A stretch of DNA of 64,000 bases from Pseudomonadota bacterium (GCA_043821645.1 JBDRCO010000113.1:151053-215052); one strand, 5' to 3'; shown: positions 28,863 to 38,498, counted from the stretch's first letter. Made by a program: numbers and translations. The notes: a model not told the origin generated them from the letters alone.

Positions 28863-29463
28863 CCAGCCTGTTCTCCCGGATAAAGCGCCTGAGTGCGTTC
28901 TCTATGCTGGCGAGACCCTTGCGCAGGCGGTGACGGGTCAAGCCCAGACGAGCCGCCGCGTCGCGCTCGCACAAGCCCTGGACCAGACAGTTGTCGTAGA
29001 TGTCGCGGACGTCGCCCTGCAGCCCCTGCACGAAGCGCTGCCGCAGAGCCTGGGCCTCGGCGTGCTCGACCTGGGCCGCGGGATTGGCCCACTCGGCCTC
29101 GACCTCGGTCCGCTCGGCGCGCTCCGGGTCCAGCACCTCGAAGCGCGAGCGGCCCGAGCGCCTCAGGTCGTGCACCACGTTGCGAGCGATGGTCTTGAGG
29201 TAGGCCTCGTAGGGCTTGAGGCCAGAGTAGGCCTGGCGCGCCTCGGGGGTGAAGGCCTTGACGAACACGGTCTGCAGGGCGTCGTCCAGGTCGGCCTCGG
29301 AGCGCAGCCCGCAGGCCCTGAGCACCCGGCGCAGGATGGGCGCGGTGCGCTCGAACAGGTCGCCGAGGAGCTCGGGATCGCCAGCGCGAAAGCGCGCCAG
29401 GGCGGCGGGATCTCCCACCAGGAGTTCGGCGCTTGGCGCAGGAGGAGGTGGGGCTGTGTCCAC
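28855..29463 (-). CDS. ECF RNA polymerase sigma factor
   Basis: DDALQTVFVKA and YL..IARN (region 2), plus a region 4 HTH. Confidence 0.85.
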   Translation of the reverse strand: MDTAPPPPAPSAELLVGDPAALARFRAGDPELLGDLFERTAPILRRVLRACGLRSEADLDDALQTVFVKAFTPEARQAYSGLKPYEAYLKTIARNVVHDLRRSGRSRFEVLDPERAERTEVEAEWANPAAQVEHAEAQALRQRFVQGLQGDVRDIYDNCLVQGLCERDAAARLGLTRHRLRKGLASIENALRRFIRENRLDD

Positions 29464-29617
29464 GGTGCTTCAACATCTCAGACAGCAGGACGGACCACAA
29501 GCGAGCCTGGTCGAAAAAACCACCTCTGCCTTTGCAGATCGATCCGTGGCATTCATGCGTTGGCACGGGGAACCGGGAGCCGGAATCAGTGGCCTCTCCT
29601 TGCCAGCGGAGGACTCC

Positions 29618-30214
29618 ATGTCCAAGTTCTCGTCTCTGCTCGACCGCATCATGAAGGGCGACTACCAGGACGCCAGTTCCGAGCAAAAGGAGGCGGACCT
29701 CGCCGAGATCAAGAAGGTGTGCAGCATCGCCGCGGCCGCGGTGTCCTTCCAGCCCATTCCTCTGGTCGACAGCGCGCTCATCGCGCCCATCCAGATTGGC
29801 ATGGTGCAGGCCATCGCGCGCATCCACGGCCACAAGCTGGACCGCCAGTCCATCCTCGAGATGCTGTCCACCTTTGGCGCCAGCATCCTCGCCCAGAACG
29901 CCATGATGGCCGCTGCCAAGCTCATCCCCATCGCCGGCTGGCTGATTTCCGTGTCCATGGCCTACGCCCTGACCTGGGCCATCGCCGAGGTCAGCGATCA
30001 CTACTTCCGCACCGGCCGCGGCGCGTCCAGCGCCGAGCTCAAGGACATGTTCAAGCGCGTGTACAAGTCCAAGAAGCAGGAGAAGCAGGCCGAGCACAAG
30101 GGCAACGCCACGCTCAAGGACAAGCTCGACCAGCTCAAGCAGGCGCGTGCCGAGGGCCTGATCAACGACGAGGAGTTCGAGAAGAAGAAGGAAGATGTGC
30201 TCGCTGGGTTCTAA
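29618..30214 (+). CDS. DUF697/YcjF-like protein with C-terminal SHOCT domain
   Basis: GGAGG RBS; PIPLVD...IAPIQIGMV..IA.IHG; LDQLK....EGLI.DEEFEKKK. Confidence 0.82.
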   Translation: MSKFSSLLDRIMKGDYQDASSEQKEADLAEIKKVCSIAAAAVSFQPIPLVDSALIAPIQIGMVQAIARIHGHKLDRQSILEMLSTFGASILAQNAMMAAAKLIPIAGWLISVSMAYALTWAIAEVSDHYFRTGRGASSAELKDMFKRVYKSKKQEKQAEHKGNATLKDKLDQLKQARAEGLINDEEFEKKKEDVLAGF

Positions 30215-30221
30215 CTTTTTA

Positions 30222-30334
30222 AGGGGGCGGTCGGCCCGCCCCCTCTGCCAGCGGAGTGAATCCGCTGGCATTCACCCCCGGCAGCAGCTGCGGTGATCGC
30301 CTGGTTCCAGGTCGGGGCGGTCGGCCCGCCCCCT
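30222..30334. repeat. Structured intergenic repeat element, copy B; may act as a bidirectional terminator or stabiliser
   Basis: Perfect 9-bp hairpin at 30222-30244, perfect 10-bp hairpin at 30246-30270, then TTCACCCCCG, then a 21-nt direct repeat of the first hairpin at 30314-30334. Confidence 0.7.
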
Positions 30335-32913
30335 CACAAAGACATCACAATCTCACGTGCGGGATCTCGCAGGTTGTAGTGCGAACTCATGGCGTGGCCG
30401 TAGGCCCCTGCCGTCGCGACCAGCAACACATCTCCCTCGTGGCAAGCGGCCATCCGGCGCGCGAACCCCAGGGTGTCGCCGCTCTCGCAGATAGGCCCCA
30501 CCACGTTGGCCGGTGCTGTCACAGCTTGACCCAGCCGCGACAGGTTGACGATCTCGTGGTGCGCCCCGTACAGCGCGGGCCGGATCAGGCTGTTCATCCC
30601 TGCATCCACGCCCACGTACGCCACGTCGCCCTTGCGCTTGGTCTGGGTCACCCGCGCAAGCAGCACGCCGGCCTCGGCGACCAAAAAGCGCCCGGGCTCG
30701 ACCCACAGCTGGCAGCGCGGATGCGCCCGCCGCACCGCGGCCAGGCTGTCGTCGACGGCGGCCAGATCCAGGGCTCGCTGGCCAGGCCTCTCGACCACGC
30801 CGAGCCCACCGCCGACGTCGATCACAGCGAGGTGAGCAAAGCGCTCGGCCAGCTGTGCCAGGGTCAACGCCGTCTCGGCCCAGCTCTCGGCCCGGCGGAT
30901 GCCACTGCCTGCGTGCGCGTGCAGGCCCACCACTCGGGCCCCGCAGGTATCCACGGCGCTCTCGAGGTCATCGAGCTGCTCCAGGGCCACCCCAAACTTG
31001 GCGTGCTGCCCGGCGGTGCGCACGTGCGCGTGGTGTCCCTGGCCGTGACCGGGGTCCACTCGCACGAAGAGATCGCGCTGCGCGAACAAGTCCGGCCAGT
31101 GCCGCAGGGGATGCAGGTTGTCGACGGTGACCCGCACCCCCAGGTCCAGGGCGCGGGCGTATTCCTCCCGGGGAGCGAAGTTGGGCGTGAACAGCAGCCT
31201 GTCGGCACTCAGTGCCGGCAGCACCGCGCGCACGTGGTCCAGCTCCCCGCTCGACACGCACTCGAAGCCGAGACCCAGACGATCGAAAAGCCGCAAGATC
31301 TCGGGGTGGGGATTGGCCTTGAGGGCATAGAACACGCGGTCGATCGAGCCGAGGTCCAGGAGTCGCTGTGCGGCCTGCTCCAGGCTCGAGGGGTCGTAGA
31401 CGTACACCGGCGTGCCGCGCCCGGCCTCGTCGAGGAGTTGCTCGCGGTGCCGGCGCCACCAGCGCGGTACCTGGTCCTTGCCATCCCGGGGAGCGAACAG
31501 GTCACGCCACGAGGCACCCTCCTCGTCGTCGGCACGATCCTGAAACAGCAGCCAGTGCAGGCGCCGCACCAGCCGCTCCGACTGATCCTCGTCGACCACG
31601 AAGGTCAGGTTCAGGTCGCTGGCAGCCTGGCTGACGAGGTGGATGCGCTGCTCCTCGAAGACCTCGAGGGCCGGCCCGAGGTGATGCAGGATGCCGCGGA
31701 TGTTGCGGCCGACCAGGCTGATGGCTGCGCAGGGGCCAATGGTGCGAGCACGGCAGTAGCGACCTAGCCCTCCGAGCAGGTCGTGCAAGACCGAGGGTTC
31801 CAGGGAGTTGGCCTGGGCATCCAGCGATACCGTGACATTGCTCTCCGACGTGGACACCAGGTCCACCGACAGGCCGAGCTGCTTGAACACCGCGAACACG
31901 TCCGCCAGGAAGCCGACCTGCTGCCACATGCCCATGGTGTCCATGGACACCAGGGTGAGCTGGCCCCGCGCGGCAATGGCCTTGACCTGCCCTGGCCCGG
32001 GATCGACGCTGCCATCGATCACGGTGCCGTCGACGTCGGGGTGGGTGGTGCAGCGGATGTGCAGCGGAATGCCGTGGCGCCTCGCGGGAGCCAGACAGCG
32101 CGGGTGCAGAACCTTGGCGCCCATGGACGCCAGCTCCTGGGCCTCGTCGTAGTCGAGATGAGGCAGCAACAGGGCCGCCGGGATCTGGTGCGGGTTGGCC
32201 GTGTACATCCCCGGCACATCGGTCCAGATCTCGCAGCGCGCCGCACCCAGGCGTGCGGCCAGCAGGGTGGCCGAGGTATCGGAGCCGCCCCGCCCCAGCA
32301 GCACGGTGTGGCCCTCGGCGTCGCGAGCGATGAAGCCCTGCGTGACCAGGATATCGGCCTCGAGATCCGCCAGACGCGCGGCCAGCGCAGGGTCCGGCGC
32401 GTCGTCACAGCTCGCCGACAGGAGGTTGCGTCGCTCACCTGCCAGGGGATCGTGCTGACTCGTCATCAACTCGCGCGCGTCCAGCCACTGCGCCGTCAGA
32501 CCCTGTTGCTGCATCCAGGCCACCCCCAGCCGGGTGGCCATGAGCTCACCATGGGCGAGCACGCGAGCGCGCAGGCGTGGGCTGACCTCACCGATGAGCG
32601 CGATACCGTGCGCCAGCCGCTCGAGCGAGCTCAGGTCATCGGCGATGGGCAGGGGCTCCCCCAGACCCAGATCGCGGGCCAGCGCACGATGACGCTGCGC
32701 GATCATCTGGAGCAGATCACCGGGGTGCTCGGCCAGGGCCTCGTCGAGAAGCCGCTCGAGCGCATTGGTGATGCCGCTGAGTGCGGAGCACACCACCAGG
32801 GGCCGCAAGCCCTCGCCGAGGCAGCGCCGGGCCTGGGTGGCAATGGTCTGCCAGCTCTCCACCGTCGCCACGCTGGTACCGCCGAACTTGAGCACGACGA
32901 AGGACGGAGCCAT
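30334..32913 (-). CDS. lysAC: Bifunctional aspartate kinase / diaminopimelate decarboxylase
   Basis: VLKFGGTS, LGRGGSD, GAKVLHP and ACT domains, followed by YALKAN (PLP lysine), HAHAGS, EPGRFLVA, GPICESGD. Confidence 0.93.
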   Translation of the reverse strand: MAPSFVVLKFGGTSVATVESWQTIATQARRCLGEGLRPLVVCSALSGITNALERLLDEALAEHPGDLLQMIAQRHRALARDLGLGEPLPIADDLSSLERLAHGIALIGEVSPRLRARVLAHGELMATRLGVAWMQQQGLTAQWLDARELMTSQHDPLAGERRNLLSASCDDAPDPALAARLADLEADILVTQGFIARDAEGHTVLLGRGGSDTSATLLAARLGAARCEIWTDVPGMYTANPHQIPAALLLPHLDYDEAQELASMGAKVLHPRCLAPARRHGIPLHIRCTTHPDVDGTVIDGSVDPGPGQVKAIAARGQLTLVSMDTMGMWQQVGFLADVFAVFKQLGLSVDLVSTSESNVTVSLDAQANSLEPSVLHDLLGGLGRYCRARTIGPCAAISLVGRNIRGILHHLGPALEVFEEQRIHLVSQAASDLNLTFVVDEDQSERLVRRLHWLLFQDRADDEEGASWRDLFAPRDGKDQVPRWWRRHREQLLDEAGRGTPVYVYDPSSLEQAAQRLLDLGSIDRVFYALKANPHPEILRLFDRLGLGFECVSSGELDHVRAVLPALSADRLLFTPNFAPREEYARALDLGVRVTVDNLHPLRHWPDLFAQRDLFVRVDPGHGQGHHAHVRTAGQHAKFGVALEQLDDLESAVDTCGARVVGLHAHAGSGIRRAESWAETALTLAQLAERFAHLAVIDVGGGLGVVERPGQRALDLAAVDDSLAAVRRAHPRCQLWVEPGRFLVAEAGVLLARVTQTKRKGDVAYVGVDAGMNSLIRPALYGAHHEIVNLSRLGQAVTAPANVVGPICESGDTLGFARRMAACHEGDVLLVATAGAYGHAMSSHYNLRDPAREIVMSL

Positions 32914-32977
32914 GACTCCTCCCCGCGCGACCCGTTGAATTCGGGTGCGCGTGCAAGGGGTGCACGTGAGTGGAAGG

Positions 32978-34485
32978 TCAGCCGTCTCGCGGCGTCGTGT
33001 CGTCGAGAGGAACCACGGTGAGCTTGAGCCCGTCCACCGCGACGATGCGGACCCGGGTCTTGGGTGGGATGACCTGCGACGAGAACGCGGCCCAGGTCTC
33101 GGGTCCGTGCTGAACCTTGCCACCCTGGGCTCCGATCTCGGTCAGGGTCAGGGCCGGCTGGCCCACCATGCCCTGGGCGCCTGTCACCGGGGGCCGCTGC
33201 CGCGAGCGCATGACCATCACACCGGTGAAGGCAAGGACCCCGAGGGTGGCGATGACGGTGGGCCACATGGCCCAGGGTGATACCCCGTAGGATGGCTCCG
33301 CCCACAAGTTCGGGTCCACGTCGTCGACGAGGATCATGCCGCCAATGACCACCGCGGCGGCACCTCCGATTCCGAGCGCACCGAAGGAGGGCAAGAAAGC
33401 CTCGGCCACCAGCATCCCCGCGCCGACCAGGATGAGCAGGATCCCGCCCACGTTGACCGGAACGATCTGAAACGAGATGAAGGCCAGCAGCAGCGAGATG
33501 GCGCCGAGCACGCCCGGAAAAATCACGCCCGGGTGGTACATCTCCATGGCAATGCCCAGGATGCCGGCCATGAACAGCAGATACGACACGTTGGGGTTGG
33601 CGAAGGTGTTGACCACCTTGCTGCCAAAGGACATCTCGTGGTGCTCGACCAGGGCCCCCTTGCAGCGCAGGGTCTTCCACTCGCCCGCGACCTCGACCAC
33701 CAGGCCGTCCGCCTTCTCCAGCATCTCGTCGACGTCCCGCGCCAGCAGATCGATGACGCCGATCTCGAGCGCCTTGCTGCTCACCACCGACACCGACTCG
33801 ACCACGGCCTTGCGCGCCCACGCCTTGTTGCGATGGCGCTGCTCGGCGATGCCCTCGATGAAAGCGGCGGTGTCCTCCTCGGCCTTGGCGGCCAGGTGCT
33901 TGGCGTTGTCGTCCTGTCCCTCGCCGCCCCCCCACCGACACTCACCGGGTGCGCAGCTCCGATGTTGGTGCTGGGGGCCATGGCCGCAACGTGGGCTGCC
34001 ATGGTGATGAAGGCGCCGGCCGAGGCTGCGCGTGCTCCCGAAGGGGCCACCAGCACGGCCACCGGAATCCTGGCCGCCATGAAGCCCTTGACGATGTCGC
34101 GGGTGGAGTCGAGCAAGCCGCCGGGCGTGTCGAGGCGAAACACCACCATGCCGAAGCCACGCTTCTCGGCCTGCTCGATGCTCTTGAGAAAGTGATCCTT
34201 GGTACCCGGGTTGATGGTGCCGTCGACGTCACTCATCAGCACCCGCGTGATCTTGAGCTCACCCTCCGCGGCCGGGCGGCTCGCGGGCTGCGAACTTGGC
34301 TCGGGCGGCGTCTCCTCGACGGGTTTGGGCAGATCCGCAAGGTCGCTCGCCGAGGCACCACCCGACACCGGCGGCGGGCCCGCGGCCGCCCCGAGCAGGC
34401 TACTGAGAACGGCGAGCCCGACCAGGGCGCCCGAGGTCACGGCCACGCGGCCGATTCGCGTCGACAGGACAGATGTTCTTCGCAT
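32978..34485 (-). pseudogene. nfeD: NfeD family membrane-bound ClpP-class serine protease, frameshifted at a G7 tract (33927-33933)
   Basis: LDTPGGLL, RAASAG and IGAAHPV lie in one frame; the sequence continues in another frame as ...KAEEDTAAFIEGIAEQRHRN..WA, then TM helices and a C-terminal OB fold (GETWAA). Confidence 0.85.
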
Positions 34486-34499
34486 GCGCGAGGACTCCT

Positions 34500-35315
34500 T
34501 CAGCGTGGATGGCGTCCCGGCACGGGCAGGGTCCGTCCCAGGCGTTCCATCACGCTTTTCAGATCGTCCCACACCTGCCGCTTGGCCGAGGCATTGCGCA
34601 GCAGGTAGGCCGGGTGAAAGGTCGGCATCAGGTCTATGCCCTGGTATTCGGTCCAGTGCCCGCGCAGCCTGGACACGGGCGTCGTCGAGCGCAGCAGGGT
34701 CTGGACGGCCACCTTGCCAAGGGTCACGATCACCCGAGGTCGGATGGCGTCGAGCTGGTCCTTGAGGAAAGGTTCACAGGCTTCGACCTCATCGGTTTCC
34801 GGATCGCGGTTCCCGGGCGGCCGGCACTTGACGATGTTGCAGATGTAAACCTTCTCCCGGGTGTAGCCCATGGCCTCGATCATCTTGGTCAGCAGCTCGC
34901 CCGCTGCACCGACAAAGGCCAGGCCCTGCTTGTCTTCTTCGGCGCCAGGGCCCTCACCCACGAACACCAGCTCGGCCTCGGCGCTGCCCTGGCCGAACAC
35001 GATGCTGTGGCGCCCCCGGTGCAGCTTGCAGCGCGTGCACTCGCCCAGATTGGTGCGAACCTGCTGCAGACGGGCTGCCGGGTCTCCGCTGGCGCGCGGT
35101 GCACCATCGGCAACGGGATCCTGCCGTCTCACCTCGTCGACAGGCTTGGCGTGGTGCTCGGAAGGCTGTGGGGGGTCCGCCTGTGGCGCGGTGAGGCGGC
35201 CCGCGGCCGGAGCCGGCACGCCGCTCAGTCTGGTCAAGCCGAGCCAAGCGAGGTGACCCCGCAACCCGTCCACCAGTTCTCGCCGCAGCGCATCCCGGTT
35301 GCTCTCGCCCACCAC
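34500..35315 (-). CDS. udg: Uracil-DNA glycosylase family 4 (4Fe-4S)
   Basis: CTRCKL, GEGPG..ED.QG..FVG.AG, NIVKCRPP.NR, TFHPAYLLR. Confidence 0.92.
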   Translation of the reverse strand: MVGESNRDALRRELVDGLRGHLAWLGLTRLSGVPAPAAGRLTAPQADPPQPSEHHAKPVDEVRRQDPVADGAPRASGDPAARLQQVRTNLGECTRCKLHRGRHSIVFGQGSAEAELVFVGEGPGAEEDKQGLAFVGAAGELLTKMIEAMGYTREKVYICNIVKCRPPGNRDPETDEVEACEPFLKDQLDAIRPRVIVTLGKVAVQTLLRSTTPVSRLRGHWTEYQGIDLMPTFHPAYLLRNASAKRQVWDDLKSVMERLGRTLPVPGRHPR

Positions 35316-35341
35316 GCTCCTCCCTCTTGTGAGACGTCCGA

Positions 35342-35728
35342 TCAGCTCGCCTCGACGCTGATGGTGTAGCCCGGAAGCACGGCGCTGGCCAGTAGCATGT
35401 CGCGGAGTCCGTCCCTCGGGAAGGGCCCGTAGCCCAGCGAGGTCCCGTAGAGGCGCAGTGTGCACAGCCTGTCATCCCGCTCGAAGCGTCCACCTCCGAG
35501 CACCTGCACGCGCGGCTCCGGGATCACGATCCCCTGGGCGTCGCTACGGGTCACTGCCACGCCCTGCTCGGCGCAGTAGCGCTCGACGATATGGGCATGA
35601 AAGCTCGCCAGGGATCGCGCAGCGAGACAGAGCTGCACCGCACCCTCGTGCCGCAGCAGCACGAACTTGCCACTCCCGGATTCTCCGTCGTCACGGTAGT
35701 GAATCAACTGCAGCCGCACGGCGCTCAT
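35342..35728 (-). CDS. Janus/Ocnus family (PHPT1-like phosphohistidine phosphatase) homolog
   Basis: GKFVLL, FHAHI, LGGGR, LYGTSLGYGP and LPGYTI align in order with the PHPT1 motifs FKYVLI, YHADI, LGGGR, VYGYSMAYGP and YPDYEV. Confidence 0.72.
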   Translation of the reverse strand: MSAVRLQLIHYRDDGESGSGKFVLLRHEGAVQLCLAARSLASFHAHIVERYCAEQGVAVTRSDAQGIVIPEPRVQVLGGGRFERDDRLCTLRLYGTSLGYGPFPRDGLRDMLLASAVLPGYTISVEAS

Positions 35729-36433
35729 TCAGTAGCAGGTCTCTTCCCACCACCCCGCAGGGCAGTAGCCGTCTTCCCAGTATCCGTCGTAGATCCAGCG
35801 CCACTCGCAGATGTCGTAGCCGTACGAGTCGCAGCAGTAGCACTCCTCGATCTGGTACGAGGTGTCGACCCAGTAGTCAGGCTCACAGGAATCCTGTTTC
35901 CAGGTCCACCAGCAGTACGGATAGCCCGCGTCCGTCGTCGGCATGGGCGTGCCGTTGAACACGCAAAAGCACTCCTGACCCAGCCACTGCCCTCCGCTGG
36001 TGGTGCAGGTGGTCATCATCTGGTTGTCTGGATCGCAGACACACAGGCTGTTGAGACACTCGTAGCCCGAGTTCTGGTCGCCAAAGTGCGGTGCGCAATC
36101 CTGCCACACCCGGCAAGGCTGGGTCCCTGGAGGAGGCACGCGGCTGTCGGACCCCGCCGCATCCCTTCGTGGCCCGATGACCAGGTCCAGGCCCGCGGTG
36201 TCGCGAAGCCCGCCGCTATCCAGGCGGGGGCCGATGTGCCCGTCCAGGGATCCCCCGTCGAGCAAGGCAGGCCCGTCGTGCCCAGCGCGGTCCAGGCCCT
36301 GCTGGTCGCGACCCCAGGCATCCGCCAAGGTTCCCCCATCCGGGCCAGGCCCCTCGACCACGTCGCGCTTGGTCGAGGCCGGCGCGCACGCCACGGCCAC
36401 GACCAGCATCGCACTGAAACCGCACAGCCTCAT
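35729..36433 (-). CDS. Cys/Trp/Tyr-rich lipoprotein
   Basis: Lipobox AVAC, D-A-G linker, Cys-rich aromatic acidic C-terminus; its stop abuts the next ATG. Confidence 0.72.
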   Translation of the reverse strand: MRLCGFSAMLVVAVACAPASTKRDVVEGPGPDGGTLADAWGRDQQGLDRAGHDGPALLDGGSLDGHIGPRLDSGGLRDTAGLDLVIGPRRDAAGSDSRVPPPGTQPCRVWQDCAPHFGDQNSGYECLNSLCVCDPDNQMMTTCTTSGGQWLGQECFCVFNGTPMPTTDAGYPYCWWTWKQDSCEPDYWVDTSYQIEECYCCDSYGYDICEWRWIYDGYWEDGYCPAGWWEETCY

Positions 36434-36498
36434 GCTCTCCATTGTAGACGGGCTCGCCTGGGTCGACAACGCGAGGTCGTGCGAAGCCAAAGAAGGGA

Positions 36499-38001
36499 TC
36501 AGCGAGGAGCCTGGAGCTTGAGGTCCAGGCTGGCGCCATCGGCGCTGGTGACCAGGGCGGTCAGGTCAAAGTCCTGGTCGAGCTTGAGTTCCAGGGTCAG
36601 CTCGCCAGCGTGCTGTGCCAGCCATCCGGCCTCGATGCGCAGTGAGCCCAGGAACTCGCGATCCACGCTCTGGGCGTCCACGGCCTCGTACACGCCCACC
36701 ACCAGAGGGTTGCCCAGGGCCGGGAGCTGCTGGATGGTGGTCCGGCGAACGCAGGGGATGCCCGTGTTGCGCGGGATCACCTCGGTGCTCCCCAGCCCCG
36801 GGATGATCACACCGATGGGAATGGACACCACGTCCACCAGGTCAGGTCCTCCGGGCATGCCCAGGCCACGCCCGAGAATCGCAGCGCCCACCGCCACACC
36901 CAGCTCCGGGTTGATGTTCTTGCCGGGATCGCTCCTGAACGCCGCAGCCATGCGTCGCTGCAAGGCGAGCATGCGGGTCTGACCTCCCACGAACACCAGC
37001 TCATCGATGTCAGGTGGAGCCATGCCGGCCTTGCGCACGAGTTGCTCGCTAGCCCCCAGGGTCTTCTCGATGAGGTTGCTGGTGAGCAGCTCCAGGGCAT
37101 CGCGGGTGAGCGCGTGCTCGAAATCCAGCGGCTGGGTGCCCTTGTAGGCCAGCATGGGTACCCGGATGGTGGACTGCTCGGCCGTCGACAGCTCGATCTT
37201 GGCGCGCTCGGCGGCGAAGATGACCCGCTGCATCAAGGTGCGGTTGTTCTGCACCTCGACGCCATGCTGGTTCTCGAAGCGCTCGACCAGGCGGCGCGCG
37301 ATCTGCTCGTCGAAGTCGCTGCCACCCAGAAAGGGATCGCCGCCCGAGGCCAGTACCAGCACCAGCGAACCGCGGATGGCGACCAGGCTGATGTCGAAGG
37401 TGCCGCCCCCGAGGTCGTAGACCAGGATGGTCTGCTCGATGCCTCGCTTCTTTGCCGTGTACAGCGCCGCGGCCGTGGGCTCGTTGACGATGCCACGGAC
37501 GTCCAGGCCACCCATTTCCGCAGCGGCACGCAAGGCCTGGCGCTGCGAGTAGCCGAAATGCGCGGGCACGGTCAGCACACACTCGTCGAAGTCCTCACCT
37601 GCGGCCGCGTTGGCCAGCTCGACCATGCGATGGATGACGTTGAACGCGATCTCCGTGAAGCCCACGGCCTGGCCGTGCACCATGACCGCGGCCTTGCCGC
37701 CTTCTCCCTCGACGATGTCGTAGGAGAAGCGTTCACGGGCGTGCGAGACGAAGTGCGATCGGAACGGTCTGCCGATGAAGCGCTTGGGAGCGTGAATGGT
37801 GTTGCGCGGATCATCGATGACCATGCGCAGGGCCTCGGCGCCGACCACATAGCGGTCGCGGGCCTTGAACCACACCACCGAGGGCAGGATGTGGCTGCGC
37901 TCCGACACCGGGACCACGTGCAGGGTCCCCTTGTGGTCTATCCAGGCCGCCTTGGTGTTGGTGGTCCCGAAATCGATTCCGAGAACAGGGTTCGTCGGCA
38001 T
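36499..38001 (-). CDS. Hsp70 family protein (non-DnaK paralog lacking the lid)
   Basis: GIDFGTTN, TVPAHF, NEPTAAAL, YDLGGGTFD, VGGQTR. Confidence 0.92.
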   Translation of the reverse strand: MPTNPVLGIDFGTTNTKAAWIDHKGTLHVVPVSERSHILPSVVWFKARDRYVVGAEALRMVIDDPRNTIHAPKRFIGRPFRSHFVSHARERFSYDIVEGEGGKAAVMVHGQAVGFTEIAFNVIHRMVELANAAAGEDFDECVLTVPAHFGYSQRQALRAAAEMGGLDVRGIVNEPTAAALYTAKKRGIEQTILVYDLGGGTFDISLVAIRGSLVLVLASGGDPFLGGSDFDEQIARRLVERFENQHGVEVQNNRTLMQRVIFAAERAKIELSTAEQSTIRVPMLAYKGTQPLDFEHALTRDALELLTSNLIEKTLGASEQLVRKAGMAPPDIDELVFVGGQTRMLALQRRMAAAFRSDPGKNINPELGVAVGAAILGRGLGMPGGPDLVDVVSIPIGVIIPGLGSTEVIPRNTGIPCVRRTTIQQLPALGNPLVVGVYEAVDAQSVDREFLGSLRIEAGWLAQHAGELTLELKLDQDFDLTALVTSADGASLDLKLQAPR

Positions 38002-38004
38002 GGA

Positions 38005-38445
38005 CTAGCCCTTCTCCTCGTCGCCAGGTCCCCCAGGCAGGCGCTTCCCCAGCAGCGAGCCGTGCAGAGGCAGGACCGGTCCCTCTTCCTGCATCGGTGT
38101 CGGCGGGCCCGGGGCGTAGTCCCTCAGCTTGTCCTCGGGCGTGGCCTGCTCGGCACCGCGAACCCGGATCTCCGACAGCTGTGCGCGCAAGCCGGCGATC
38201 TGAGCCTCCCGCCGGGATCGCGCCTCGGCCGCGCCGCTGCCCGCCTGCTCCGGATGCACCTGTTCGATCTGCTCGAGCAGGTGATCCAGCAGGGCCGCCT
38301 CGGACGAGCTGAGCTGACCCTTCTGGATCAGCTCCTGGACCGTGTCGAAGGTGATGGGGGGCGTCTGCAAAGGCGGCTCGCCGCGATCGATGGCTTCGCG
38401 CTCGGCCTGGACCCGGAAGCGAAGCATCATGTCGTCGATCTTCAT
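38005..38445 (-). CDS. Hypothetical protein
   Basis: GGAGGT RBS; ends 3 nt before the Hsp70 start; coiled-coil-like. Confidence 0.6.
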   Translation of the reverse strand: MKIDDMMLRFRVQAEREAIDRGEPPLQTPPITFDTVQELIQKGQLSSSEAALLDHLLEQIEQVHPEQAGSGAAEARSRREAQIAGLRAQLSEIRVRGAEQATPEDKLRDYAPGPPTPMQEEGPVLPLHGSLLGKRLPGGPGDEEKG

Positions 38446-38498
38446 CCTGACCTCCGGTCGCTGTCTCGACTGCGCGAGCCCGTCACGGCCACCCAGTA

